Translations under genes and position numbers: made by a program
From: Isoptericola sp. BMS4
GTDB lineage: Bacteria > Actinomycetota > Actinomycetes > Actinomycetales > Cellulomonadaceae
Direction of reading: 5' to 3'
Assembly (NCBI RefSeq): GCF_011634835.1
Contig: NZ_SIRP01000001.1
Span: 4,099,092 to 4,163,091, forward strand
Length of the DNA: 64,000 nt
Part shown: positions 28,757-37,160 of the stretch, in pieces
How positions within the stretch are numbered: position 1 is the first letter of the stretch
Layout of the letters: every line of letters starts with the position of its first letter
Notes under the pieces: generated by a model
Told to the model about the DNA's origin: nothing
The model's database searches: none
Seen by the model: the letters and a program-made list of their open reading frames with translations, nothing else

Positions 28757-29415
28757 GACAGCGGGGTCACCTCGAGGTCGCGGTAGTGGGCGACGAGCGG
28801 GGACATCTGCCGGAACCCGATCCGGCCGGCGCCCAGGGGCTCCTCGTCGTGGAACGTGAACAGGGTCAGGTCGTCGATCGCGAACGTGACGTCGCCGCCG
28901 CGCTTGGTGACGCGCACGCGGTAGTGGCCGTCGGCGTCCTCGGGCCCGGGCAGCGGGTCGGCGCCCTGCGCCACCAGCCGGAAACCCGGGCTCTTGCGCA
29001 GGTTGCACGTGCGGAACCGCTTCTCGGTCGGCCACTTGCGGCGCAGGTACGACACGTGCAGCGTCGACACGTCGCCCGAGTGGTACTGCGGGTAGTACCC
29101 CGTGCGCTCGGCCAGCGACGGGTCGAAGAGGTCGCGCCCCTCGGTCCCGGTGGCGGCGAAGAACAGCATCGCGAGGCCGTCGCCCGCGAGGGGGCGGAAG
29201 TCCCAGGAGATCTCCACGTCCGCGGCGAAGACCTCGGGGCACCAGTACGTGAAGTGCGCGTGGTCGCCGCGACCGTCGGCGACGAGCGCGGCCTCGTCGG
29301 CGGTGCTGCGCAGCACGAGGCCGCCGTCCCGGTGCTCGGCGCCCACGGGACCCTCGGCGACCCAGCCGGCGAGGTCGCCGGGCCCGGCGAGCGGGTTGCG
29401 GTAGCGGCCCGTCAC
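28753..29415 (-). CDS. DUF1961 (YesU-like) family protein
   Basis: GGLVLRSTADEAAL...HFTYWCPEVFAADVEISWDF...YYPQYHSGDVSTLHVSYLRRKWPTEKRFRTCNLRKSPGFRLVAQG. GTG start overlapping the upstream stop. Confidence 0.65.
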   Translation of the reverse strand: MTGRYRNPLAGPGDLAGWVAEGPVGAEHRDGGLVLRSTADEAALVADGRGDHAHFTYWCPEVFAADVEISWDFRPLAGDGLAMLFFAATGTEGRDLFDPSLAERTGYYPQYHSGDVSTLHVSYLRRKWPTEKRFRTCNLRKSPGFRLVAQGADPLPGPEDADGHYRVRVTKRGGDVTFAIDDLTLFTFHDEEPLGAGRIGFRQMSPLVAHYRDLEVTPLS

Positions 29416-30116
29416 GGCTGCACCACCCACGCCCCGAGCGGCTCCGCGCCGTCGTGCGCGCCGTCGATCGACGCCAGCGCCTCCGCGACGTAGGCCGCGA
29501 CCGCGCGGGCGCCCGCCGTCGTGAAGTGGGTGTTGTCCTTGCCGAGCGCGTCGTCGACGGGCAGGCCCGCCTTCGCCGCCGCGCCGTGCGGGAACAGCGC
29601 GGCCGACGCTTCCTCGCCCAGCCACCGGTACAGCCAGCGCGTGAGCACGGTGAGGTCGATGACCGGGACGTCGAGCTCGTCGCCGAGCGCCCGCACCGCC
29701 GCGGGGTACGGGCCGTGCGACCAGCGCAGCGCGCCGTCGTCGCCGAAGAGCCGCCGCTCCACGCTGGTGGCCAGCACCGGGCGGGCGCCGGCGGCCCGCG
29801 CCTCGGCCACGAAGTCGGCGAGCCGGCGCCGGTACCCGCCGTCGGCGGCGAGCTCCTCGGGCTCCTTCTGGTCGTTGTGGCCGAACTGGATCACGACGGT
29901 GTCGCCGGGCCGCAGCTGGGCGACCAGGGCGTCCCAGCGCCCCTCGGCGCGGAAGGACGCCGTGGTCGCCCCGCCGATCGCGTGGTTGCGCACCTCCGCG
30001 TCGACGAGGGCGGCGAGCTCGTCGCCCCAGCCGAGCAGCGGGATCGTGTCGTGGCCGGAGGTGCGGCCGTCGTCGGTGGGGGCGACGGTCGAGTCGCCCG
30101 CGAGATGGATGGTCAT
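29412..30116 (-). CDS. SGNH/GDSL hydrolase (rhamnogalacturonan acetylesterase-like)
   Basis: MTIHLAGDSTV (GDS block)...GGATTASF...VVIQFGHNDQ...DNTHFT. Confidence 0.8.
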   Translation of the reverse strand: MTIHLAGDSTVAPTDDGRTSGHDTIPLLGWGDELAALVDAEVRNHAIGGATTASFRAEGRWDALVAQLRPGDTVVIQFGHNDQKEPEELAADGGYRRRLADFVAEARAAGARPVLATSVERRLFGDDGALRWSHGPYPAAVRALGDELDVPVIDLTVLTRWLYRWLGEEASAALFPHGAAAKAGLPVDDALGKDNTHFTTAGARAVAAYVAEALASIDGAHDGAEPLGAWVVQP

Positions 30117-31000
30117 CAGCCCTTCACGCTCCCGATCAGCATGCCCTTGGCGAAGTGCTTCTGCAGGAACGGGTAGGCCAGGAGCACGGGGATCGTCGCG
30201 ACGATCACGACGGCGAACTTGATGCCCTGCGCGGGCGGGGGCACGTCGGCGTTGATGTCCTCCGCCGACATCTGCGCGGACGCCGTCACCTGGCGCAGGA
30301 TCATCTGCAGCGTCCACTTGCTCGTGTCCGACAGGTACAGCAGTGGCGACATGTAGTCGTTCCAGATGCCGACGGCGTAGAACAGCGCGAACGTCGCCAG
30401 CACGGGCTTGGACAGCGGCAGCACCACGTGCCGCAGCACCTGCAGCTCGTTCGCGCCGTCGATCGTCGCCGACTCCTGGAGCTCGATCGGCAGCTGCTGG
30501 AAGAAGTTCTTGATGATGATGAGGCTGAACGGGTTGATCGCCATCGGCAGGAACAGCGCCCAGTACGTGTCGAGCAGCCCGAGCTGCTTGACGACGAGGA
30601 ACATCGGGATCATGCCCGCGCTGAACACCATCGCGAAGACGACGAGCATCATGATGGTGCGCCGGCCCGGCAGATCGACCTTCGACAGCGGGTAGGCCAT
30701 GAGCGCCGTGAGCCCGAGCTGGACCAGCGTGCCGACGAACGTGACGACGACGGTGGTGACGAACGCACGCAGGAAGATGTCCGAGGACAGGATCGACGCG
30801 TACGAGTCCGTCGTGATCTCGTGCGGCCACAGGAAGAACGGCCGCGTGGTGATCTCGTACTCGGTGGCCAGCGACCCGGCGAGCACGTACACGAACGGGA
30901 CGACGGCGAGCAGGCCGACCGCGACCAGCAGCAGGACGTTGACGACGTCGAACGCCCGGCCGGCCCTCGTGTTGAACCGTTGATAGGTCGTCGAGGCCAT
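30116..31000 (-). CDS. Carbohydrate ABC transporter permease (CUT1; YesQ/LplC-like)
   Basis: MalG-type permease with the EAA loop region (ESATIDGANELQVLRHVVLPLSKP). Confidence 0.9.
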   Translation of the reverse strand: MASTTYQRFNTRAGRAFDVVNVLLLVAVGLLAVVPFVYVLAGSLATEYEITTRPFFLWPHEITTDSYASILSSDIFLRAFVTTVVVTFVGTLVQLGLTALMAYPLSKVDLPGRRTIMMLVVFAMVFSAGMIPMFLVVKQLGLLDTYWALFLPMAINPFSLIIIKNFFQQLPIELQESATIDGANELQVLRHVVLPLSKPVLATFALFYAVGIWNDYMSPLLYLSDTSKWTLQMILRQVTASAQMSAEDINADVPPPAQGIKFAVVIVATIPVLLAYPFLQKHFAKGMLIGSVKG

Positions 31001-31974
31001 CAGAAGATCCCTTGCTGGTTGAAGCGCTTCGCGAGCCAGTTGGTGCCGAAGATGAGGATCACGCCCACGATCGCCTTCGACAGCCCGACGGCGGTCGAGT
31101 AGCTGTAGGCACCCTGCTCGATGCCGGTGAAGTACACGTAGGTGTCGAAGACGTCAGCCACCGACCGGTTGAGCGCGTTCGACATGAGGTAGATCTGCTC
31201 GAACCCGGTGTTGAGGATCTCGCCGGTCTGCAGGATCAGCATGACGACGATGGTCGGCCGGATCGCCGGAAGAGTGATGTGCCAGGTGCGCTGCCAGCGC
31301 CCGGCGCCGTCGATGATCGCCGCCTCGTACTGCTCCTGGTCGACGCTCGCGAGCGCGGCCAGGAAGATGATCGTCCCCCAGCCGGTGGACTTCCAGATCG
31401 TCTGCAGCAGGATCAGCGGGCGGAACCAGTCCGGGTCGGTGAGGAAGTCCGTGCTGGTGCCGAAGATCCCGTTGAGGGCCGTCCACAGCGGCCCGGTGCC
31501 GACGGCGAACAGCAGCCCGGTGAGCGAGACCACGACGGTCCACGACAGGAAGTGCGGGATGTAGACCAGTGTCTGCACCGTGCGCTTGAGGATCGTCAGC
31601 CGCAGCTCGTTGAGCAGCAGCGCCAGCACGATCGTCAGCGGGAACGCCACCAGCAGGCCGAGGGCCGCGAGGATCAGGGTGTTCGTCAGCAGCCGCGGGA
31701 AGTCCGGGTTGGAGAAGAAGTCGGTGAAATGCTTCAGGCCCACCCACTCGCTGCCCTGGATGCCGAGGAACGGCACGTAGTCCTTGAAGGCGATCTGCGC
31801 GCCGTACATCGGCCAGTACTGGAAGAGCAGGAAGTAGACGACGCCCGGGAGCATCATCAGGAACAGCCACTTGTACCGGGCCATCCTGCGGCCGAGCGTG
31901 CGCTGACGGCGGGGCGGTGCGGGTGGTGGCGACGGTGCCGCGGGCGCGGCCCGGACGTCGGCGACGGTGGACAC
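31000..31974 (-). CDS. Carbohydrate ABC transporter permease (CUT1; YesP/LplB-like)
   Basis: MARYKWLFLMMLPGVVYFLLFQYWPMYGAQIAFKDY...EAAIIDGAGRWQRTWHITLPAIRP. GTG start preceded by GAAGGAGA. Confidence 0.85.
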   Translation of the reverse strand: MSTVADVRAAPAAPSPPPAPPRRQRTLGRRMARYKWLFLMMLPGVVYFLLFQYWPMYGAQIAFKDYVPFLGIQGSEWVGLKHFTDFFSNPDFPRLLTNTLILAALGLLVAFPLTIVLALLLNELRLTILKRTVQTLVYIPHFLSWTVVVSLTGLLFAVGTGPLWTALNGIFGTSTDFLTDPDWFRPLILLQTIWKSTGWGTIIFLAALASVDQEQYEAAIIDGAGRWQRTWHITLPAIRPTIVVMLILQTGEILNTGFEQIYLMSNALNRSVADVFDTYVYFTGIEQGAYSYSTAVGLSKAIVGVILIFGTNWLAKRFNQQGIF

Positions 31975-32063
31975 GCGGGTCTCCTTCGGTCTCGCGGGGT
32001 GCCGGGCGGCCGGCGGTCGGCCGCCCGGCACCCGCCGTGGGGGTCGGTCGAGGCGGTGAGCCG

Positions 32064-33608
32064 CTACCGGCCCTCGTACTTCGCGTTGACCTCCTCGATG
32101 ACGGCGTCGCCACCGGACTCGCGCCACCGCTGGATCGCCGCGTCTAGGCCGGCGTCGTCGATCTGCCCCGCGAGGTACTGCACGCGGGCGTCCGCCATGA
32201 TCAGGCCGAGCTGGGCACCCTGGGTCATGGAGGTCTCGGAGACGATCGGCGCGGCCGGGTTGAACACCGCGGTCTCGAGGCCCTTCGCCTGCAGCTCGAG
32301 GCGCTCGTCCGCGAGCTCCTCGTCGTACTTCGTCTCCGGCTTCGCCTTGTACGTCTTGTCACCGGCGACGTTCATGCCGAGCTGCGCCCACGAGCCCGCG
32401 ACCTGCTCCTGGTACTCGGCCTGGTCCTCCGGGACCACCAGGTAGCCCTCGTCGTCCACGGTGTAGGTGTCGCCCTCGATGCCGTTGGTGATGAGGTTCT
32501 GCCCCTCGGCGGTGTTGAGAGTGTCGAGGACCTCGAGGACCTGCTTGAGCTGCTCCTCCGTCTTCACGCCCGACTTGGTGACGGCGAGGAACCCGGAGTA
32601 GCCCTCCGTCGGCAGGGTGTACTTGCCGTTCGGGCCCTCGAGCTGGTCGACGAGCGCCACCTTCTGGTCGTACGTCTTCGGGTCCTCGTCCTTGAAGAGC
32701 CCGGCGAGCTGCGAGGCTCGCGACTGGACGTCGATGATGATGCCGCCCTTGCCGTTGAGGAACGGCTCGTTCCACGTCGCCGGGTCCATCGTGGCGTAGT
32801 CGGGGTTGATGTAGCCGTTCTCGACGATCTCGCGCTCGAACTCGACGGCGTCACGCCACTCCGGGGTGGTGAACGACGGGACGAGCTCCCCGCCGTCGTC
32901 CTTCCACACGTTGCCCGCGCCATACCAGGTCTCGATGGAGTCGTAGGGGCTGGAGCTGCCGATGCCGCCGGGCCACTGCGGCACGATGAGGCCGTACGTG
33001 TCGTCCTTCCCGTTCCCGTCGGGGTCGTCCTCGGTGAAGGCCCGCGCGACCTCCATGAGGTCGTCCGTCGTCGCGGGCTCCTCCATCCCCAGGTTCTTCA
33101 GCCAGTCCTTGCGCACGATCACGCAGGTGCGGATGACGTCGCGCGCCCGGTAGACCCCGTAGACCTTGCCGTTGACGCTGGCGGCCTCCTGGACCTCGGG
33201 GTTCTCCGGCACCAGGTTGGGGTAGTCGCCCGAGGCGAGGTACTCGGTGAGGTCCCAGAAGCCGCCCGCCTCCGCCGTGGAGACGAAGCTCTGGTCCTTG
33301 CCCTGGATCACCATGACGTCGGGGATGTCGTCGCCGGCGAGCACGACGTTGGTCCTCTCGCCGTACTCGGCGTTCGGCACCCACTGGACATCCATGTCCA
33401 CCCCGGTGAGCTCGTCGAGCGCGGCGCCGACGGCGTCGTCGTCCTCGGGGGGCGTCGCGGAGAAGTACGGGGACATGAAGGTCAGCGACTCCAGGTCGCC
33501 GCCCTCTCCTCCGCCGTCGTCACCGGACCCGCCGCTGCAGGCGGAGAGCACCAGGCTCCCCGTCGCGAGGAGGGCGAGCGGGGCTGCCAGCCGTCGTGTA
33601 CGCATCAT
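32064..33608 (-). CDS. Extracellular solute-binding lipoprotein (CUT1; YesO/LplA-like)
   Basis: MMRTRRLAAPLALLATGSLVLSACSGG lipobox, about 500 aa, family-1 solute-binding protein. RBS GAAAGGA. Confidence 0.85.
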   Translation of the reverse strand: MMRTRRLAAPLALLATGSLVLSACSGGSGDDGGGEGGDLESLTFMSPYFSATPPEDDDAVGAALDELTGVDMDVQWVPNAEYGERTNVVLAGDDIPDVMVIQGKDQSFVSTAEAGGFWDLTEYLASGDYPNLVPENPEVQEAASVNGKVYGVYRARDVIRTCVIVRKDWLKNLGMEEPATTDDLMEVARAFTEDDPDGNGKDDTYGLIVPQWPGGIGSSSPYDSIETWYGAGNVWKDDGGELVPSFTTPEWRDAVEFEREIVENGYINPDYATMDPATWNEPFLNGKGGIIIDVQSRASQLAGLFKDEDPKTYDQKVALVDQLEGPNGKYTLPTEGYSGFLAVTKSGVKTEEQLKQVLEVLDTLNTAEGQNLITNGIEGDTYTVDDEGYLVVPEDQAEYQEQVAGSWAQLGMNVAGDKTYKAKPETKYDEELADERLELQAKGLETAVFNPAAPIVSETSMTQGAQLGLIMADARVQYLAGQIDDAGLDAAIQRWRESGGDAVIEEVNAKYEGR

Positions 33609-33648
33609 CGTCCTTTCGTGAGTGCGCGTCATCGGTCACTCGTGTCGG

Positions 33649-34374
33649 TCAGTGGGTCGGTCGGTGGTGGGTCGGTCCGTCCGCGGCGCCGGTGGGCGCC
33701 GGGGAGAGGTGGCGGTCGTTCGCCGCGAAGAAGGACAGGCACAGCGCGGTGCACAGGTGCAGCCAGACGCCGACGGAGAGCGTCGGCGCCAGGCCGGGGA
33801 CGAGGGCCGTGACGACGGCGACCAGGGCCGTCGTGGCCGCGAGGAGCAGCGGCGCGCCCGGGAACCGGACCAGGAAGGCCCAGGCCAGGCGGAGGCAGTC
33901 GCGGCGCCGCAGGTCGTAGTGGGCGTCCATGCTCAGCACGAGAAGCAGGTGGACGAGGCAGACGGCGCCCGCGGTCACCAGGGCCGCGACGAGGGCGCCG
34001 GTGCCGGGACGGTCGCGCAGGGCGAGGACGCTGGTGGTGAGCAAGGTCAAGGCCACCGCGGAGGGTGCGGCCAGCAGGTTCGCGTGCCAGAAGCTCGTCC
34101 GCCACCGTGCGGCGAAGGTACGCACCAGGGGGAACGCCCTGCCGCGGACGCGGTCCCGGGCGCAGGCCGTGGCCGCCGCGGCGGCCGGGGCCCAGCCGAG
34201 GACGACGGCTCCGGCGAGCGTCAACGTCAGGACCAGCAGGTTCAGGACGGCGAGGTGCAGCAGCGTGTCGAGCCATCCGTACCAGCGCTCCACGCGGGCC
34301 GCCCCGGCCGCGCTCCCGGACCGGACGCCGGACGCCACCGCGGGGCGAGAGGGCTCGACCGTCCTGACACCCAT
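33649..34374 (-). CDS. YesL-like (DUF624) membrane protein; start uncertain
   Basis: VERWYGWLDTLLHLAVLNLLVLTL..., hydrophobic, first gene of the operon, matching Bacillus yesL context. Confidence 0.6.
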   Translation of the reverse strand: MGVRTVEPSRPAVASGVRSGSAAGAARVERWYGWLDTLLHLAVLNLLVLTLTLAGAVVLGWAPAAAAATACARDRVRGRAFPLVRTFAARWRTSFWHANLLAAPSAVALTLLTTSVLALRDRPGTGALVAALVTAGAVCLVHLLLVLSMDAHYDLRRRDCLRLAWAFLVRFPGAPLLLAATTALVAVVTALVPGLAPTLSVGVWLHLCTALCLSFFAANDRHLSPAPTGAADGPTHHRPTH

Positions 34375-34708
34375 GTCACCGTCCCCATCTCCATCGATGC
34401 ACGGGAACGGCCACCAGCTCCCCCGCCCGCGATCCTCGGCGGCGAGGTGTCCAGGTAAGCCCTTCCCCGTTGAATGGATTCACCGTAGGGGGCGAACTTC
34501 ACCCCGTCAACCCCGGACCCGAACCTCGCGGGCGGGGCGGGACAGCACGTCGCACGGCCTGGCCGCCGGGGCCGCCTCCGACCGTCCGCACGGGCCGCTC
34601 CGGTGGCGTGCGCGTCTCCCGGGAGGCCGGGCGGGACGCCGGACGCACGTCGACCGCCATGGGCGGGTGGCTGCACCCGACGCCCACGGCGCGACGTCCG
34701 GACGCGGA

Positions 34709-34755
34709 CACGTGAGCGGCCGCCGCCGGGGATGCCGGCGACGGCCGCTCACGTG
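34709..34755 (-). terminator. Hairpin 3' of the LLM oxidoreductase gene (14-bp perfect arms CACGTGAGCGGCCG, 19-nt loop)
   Basis: Located 36 bp downstream of the minus-strand stop at 34791. No U-tract, as is common in high-GC genomes. Confidence 0.35.
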
Positions 34756-34790
34756 CGATCTCGGGGGCGCTCCCCCTCTGCGCGCCTCGG

Positions 34791-35714
34791 TCAGAGGTGC
34801 GGGGCGACCTCCCGCGCGACCAGGTCGAGGTGGTCGAGGTCCTGCAGGTCCAGGACCTGCAGGTACACGCGCTCCACGCCCTGGTCGCGCAGCGAGCCCA
34901 GCAGGTCGACCGCCTCGGGGACCGTGCCCGCGACGCCGTGCTCGCGCAGCTCGGCGGGCTCGCGCCCGATGGCGGCCGCCCGGCGCGCGAACTGTGCCTC
35001 GTCCTTGCCGAGCGCCAGCACGAGCGCCACCGACTGCGTGAGCGACTCCGGGGCGCGCCCCGCCGTCTCCAGCGCCTCGTGGATCGTCGCGATCCGCTTG
35101 CCGATCGTGTCGAGCTCCGGGAACGCCTGGTTGTACTCCGTCGCGAAGCGCGCGGCCAGCGCCGGCGTCCGCCGGGGGCCGCCGCCGCCCACGATCACGG
35201 GCACCTGGGCCTGCACCGGCTTCGGCAGGGCGGGCGCGTCGGTGAGCGTGTAGTGCTCGCCGGCGAAGGAGTACGTCTGGCCCACCGGCGTGCCCCAGAG
35301 CCCGGTGAGGATCTCGAGCTGCTCGGTCAGGATCCCGAACCGCTTGGCCGGGAAGGGGATGCCGTACGCCTGGTGCTCCCGCTCGAACCAGCCCGTCCCC
35401 AGGCCGATCTCCACGCGGCCGCCGGACATCTGGTCCACCTGGGCCACCTGGATCGCGAGCGGCCCGGGCAGCCGGAACGTCGCCGAGGACACCAGCGTGC
35501 CCAGGCGGATCGTGGACGTCTCGCGGGCCAGTCCGGCGAGCGTCGTCCAGGCGTCCGTGGGGCCGGGCAGGCCGTCGCCGCCCATCGAGAGGTAGTGGTC
35601 GGAGCGGAAGAAGGCGCTGAAGCCCAGCTCCTCGGTCGCCCTCGCGACCGCGAGCAGGTCGTCGTACGACGCGCCCTGCTGGGGCTCGGTGAAGATCCGC
35701 AGGTCAAGGGTCAT
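34791..35714 (-). CDS. LLM-class (luciferase-like) F420/flavin-dependent oxidoreductase
   Basis: MTLDLRIFTEPQQGASYDDLLAVARATEELGFSAFFRSDHY...VEIGLGTGW (TIM-barrel LLM motifs). Confidence 0.85.
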   Translation of the reverse strand: MTLDLRIFTEPQQGASYDDLLAVARATEELGFSAFFRSDHYLSMGGDGLPGPTDAWTTLAGLARETSTIRLGTLVSSATFRLPGPLAIQVAQVDQMSGGRVEIGLGTGWFEREHQAYGIPFPAKRFGILTEQLEILTGLWGTPVGQTYSFAGEHYTLTDAPALPKPVQAQVPVIVGGGGPRRTPALAARFATEYNQAFPELDTIGKRIATIHEALETAGRAPESLTQSVALVLALGKDEAQFARRAAAIGREPAELREHGVAGTVPEAVDLLGSLRDQGVERVYLQVLDLQDLDHLDLVAREVAPHL

Positions 35715-35790
35715 GGGTTCGCCTCTCGGGAGTGCCGCCCGGTGCGTCGTGGTCCGCGCGCCCGGGGCGGCTGCGATCGTGGGGCCGGCG

Positions 35791-36444
35791 TCAGCCGAAC
35801 GCCGGGGAGCTCGTGCGCGAGCGCTTGAGCTCGAAGAAATCGGGGAAGGCCGCCAGCGCGACGGCGCCGTCGAAGATCCGCAGCGCGTCCTCGCCGCGCG
35901 GGATCCGCGTGAGCACGGGGCCGAAGAACGCCACGCCGTCCACGTGGATCGTGGGGGTGCCGACGTCGTCGCCCACCGGGCCCATGCCCGCCTCGTGCGA
36001 CTCGGCGAGGCCGGCGTCGTACGCGTCGGAGGTCGCGGCGTCGGCGAGCGACGCGGGGAGCCCGGCCTCGGCGAGCGCCTCGACGGCGACCGCGTCGTAG
36101 TCCTTGCGCCCGCCCGGGTGTATACGCGTGCCGGCCGCCGTGTAGAAGGCGGAGAAGGCCTCCGGTCCGTGGTCGGCCTGCACGGCGGCCGCGACCCGGC
36201 CGATGCCGCGCGACGACTCGATCCTGGCGCGGTAGTCGGCGGGGATGTCGCGATCCTTGTTGAGCAGGTAGAGGCTCATCAGCCGGAACGTGAGGCGCAC
36301 GTCCCGGTGCGCGGCGACCTCCAGCGCCCAGCGCGAGGTGATCCACGCGAACGGGCACAGCGGGTCGACGTAGACGTCGACGGCGGGCCCGGCGGCGGTG
36401 GAGGTGGGGGCGGTCTCAGGCACGGTGGCGGTCCCGGAAGTCAC
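35791..36444 (-). CDS. DsbA-family thioredoxin-fold protein (2-hydroxychromene-2-carboxylate isomerase / FrnE-like)
   Basis: [18 protein letters not shown] (CPxA thioredoxin-like motif). GTG start. Confidence 0.7.
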   Translation of the reverse strand: MTSGTATVPETAPTSTAAGPAVDVYVDPLCPFAWITSRWALEVAAHRDVRLTFRLMSLYLLNKDRDIPADYRARIESSRGIGRVAAAVQADHGPEAFSAFYTAAGTRIHPGGRKDYDAVAVEALAEAGLPASLADAATSDAYDAGLAESHEAGMGPVGDDVGTPTIHVDGVAFFGPVLTRIPRGEDALRIFDGAVALAAFPDFFELKRSRTSSPAFG

Positions 36445-36463
36445 GGTCGCCACCCTACCGACC

Positions 36464-36549
36464 CTTCTCCGGCACCCCTGTGGTGCCGAACATGTGGTTG
36501 ATCCCGTTCTCGGCAACTCGATCCCGGACCAACCACATGTTCGGCAGCG
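36464..36549. repeat. Palindromic repeat family A, copy 3
   Basis: TGCCGAACATGTGGTTGATCCCG-(15 nt)-TCCCGGACCAACCACATGTTCGGCA, in a divergent intergenic region. Confidence 0.6.
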
Positions 36550-36558
36550 AGGATCCGC

Positions 36559-36828
36559 ATGCTCGACAGGTGGCGGAGCGGGAGCGATACCCTCGGGCCC
36601 GTGGGCAACGTCCTGTGGAAGAGCGTCGCGACCGTCGTCGGTGCCGCGGCGGTCGCCCTCGTCATGCTCTGGGTCGTCCTGCGCGGGCGCGCCTGGGCCT
36701 GGATCCCCTTCATCATCGCCTTCGGCATCTTCGTGCGCGAGCTGCGCTACCTGCAGCGTCGGCGGCGCCCGCCGGACGCCCGCTTCGACGAGCCTCGCCG
36801 GGAGCGCGGCCCCGACCGCCGGGCGTAG
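36559..36828 (+). CDS. Small hypothetical membrane protein (89 aa, two predicted transmembrane helices)
   Basis: An ORF beginning 10 bp after repeat A copy 3; hydrophobic core with an Arg-rich tail. Weak support. Confidence 0.35.
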   Translation: MLDRWRSGSDTLGPVGNVLWKSVATVVGAAAVALVMLWVVLRGRAWAWIPFIIAFGIFVRELRYLQRRRRPPDARFDEPRRERGPDRRA

Positions 36829-36923
36829 CCCCCACGGACTCCCTGCACGGAACTCCCGCCCAACCCCCCGGGGGGCGCGACGCCGACGCGCCCGGCCTGC
36901 GCCGCCCACTCCTTCCTCTGCCC

Positions 36924-36952
36924 TTGACGCCTCCGGCGCCGCCTCGTACTGT
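36924..36952 (+). promoter_or_regulatory. Candidate promoter TTGACG-N17-TACTGT with the overlapping inverted repeat ACTGTCAA-N12-TCGACAGT
   Basis: Consensus-like hexamers about 210 bp upstream of the GH87-like gene, followed by a relatively AT-rich leader. Confidence 0.4.
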
Positions 36953-37160
36953 CAATCACGCAAAAACTCGACAGTCAGCCAGCACAAAGCAGTGCATCAT
37001 CTGCAACTCTCGAATTTGAGCCTGTACCACAAGTCCGGGACATCCCTCCGGGCCGTGTCCAGGCCGACCGACCCACCCCTGACCACGCGCGGCCCACGCA
37101 CCGCCGCTCGGCCGTCGGCCAGGGCTGGCGACCCCGCACGGGCGGGAGGACGAGGACGTC

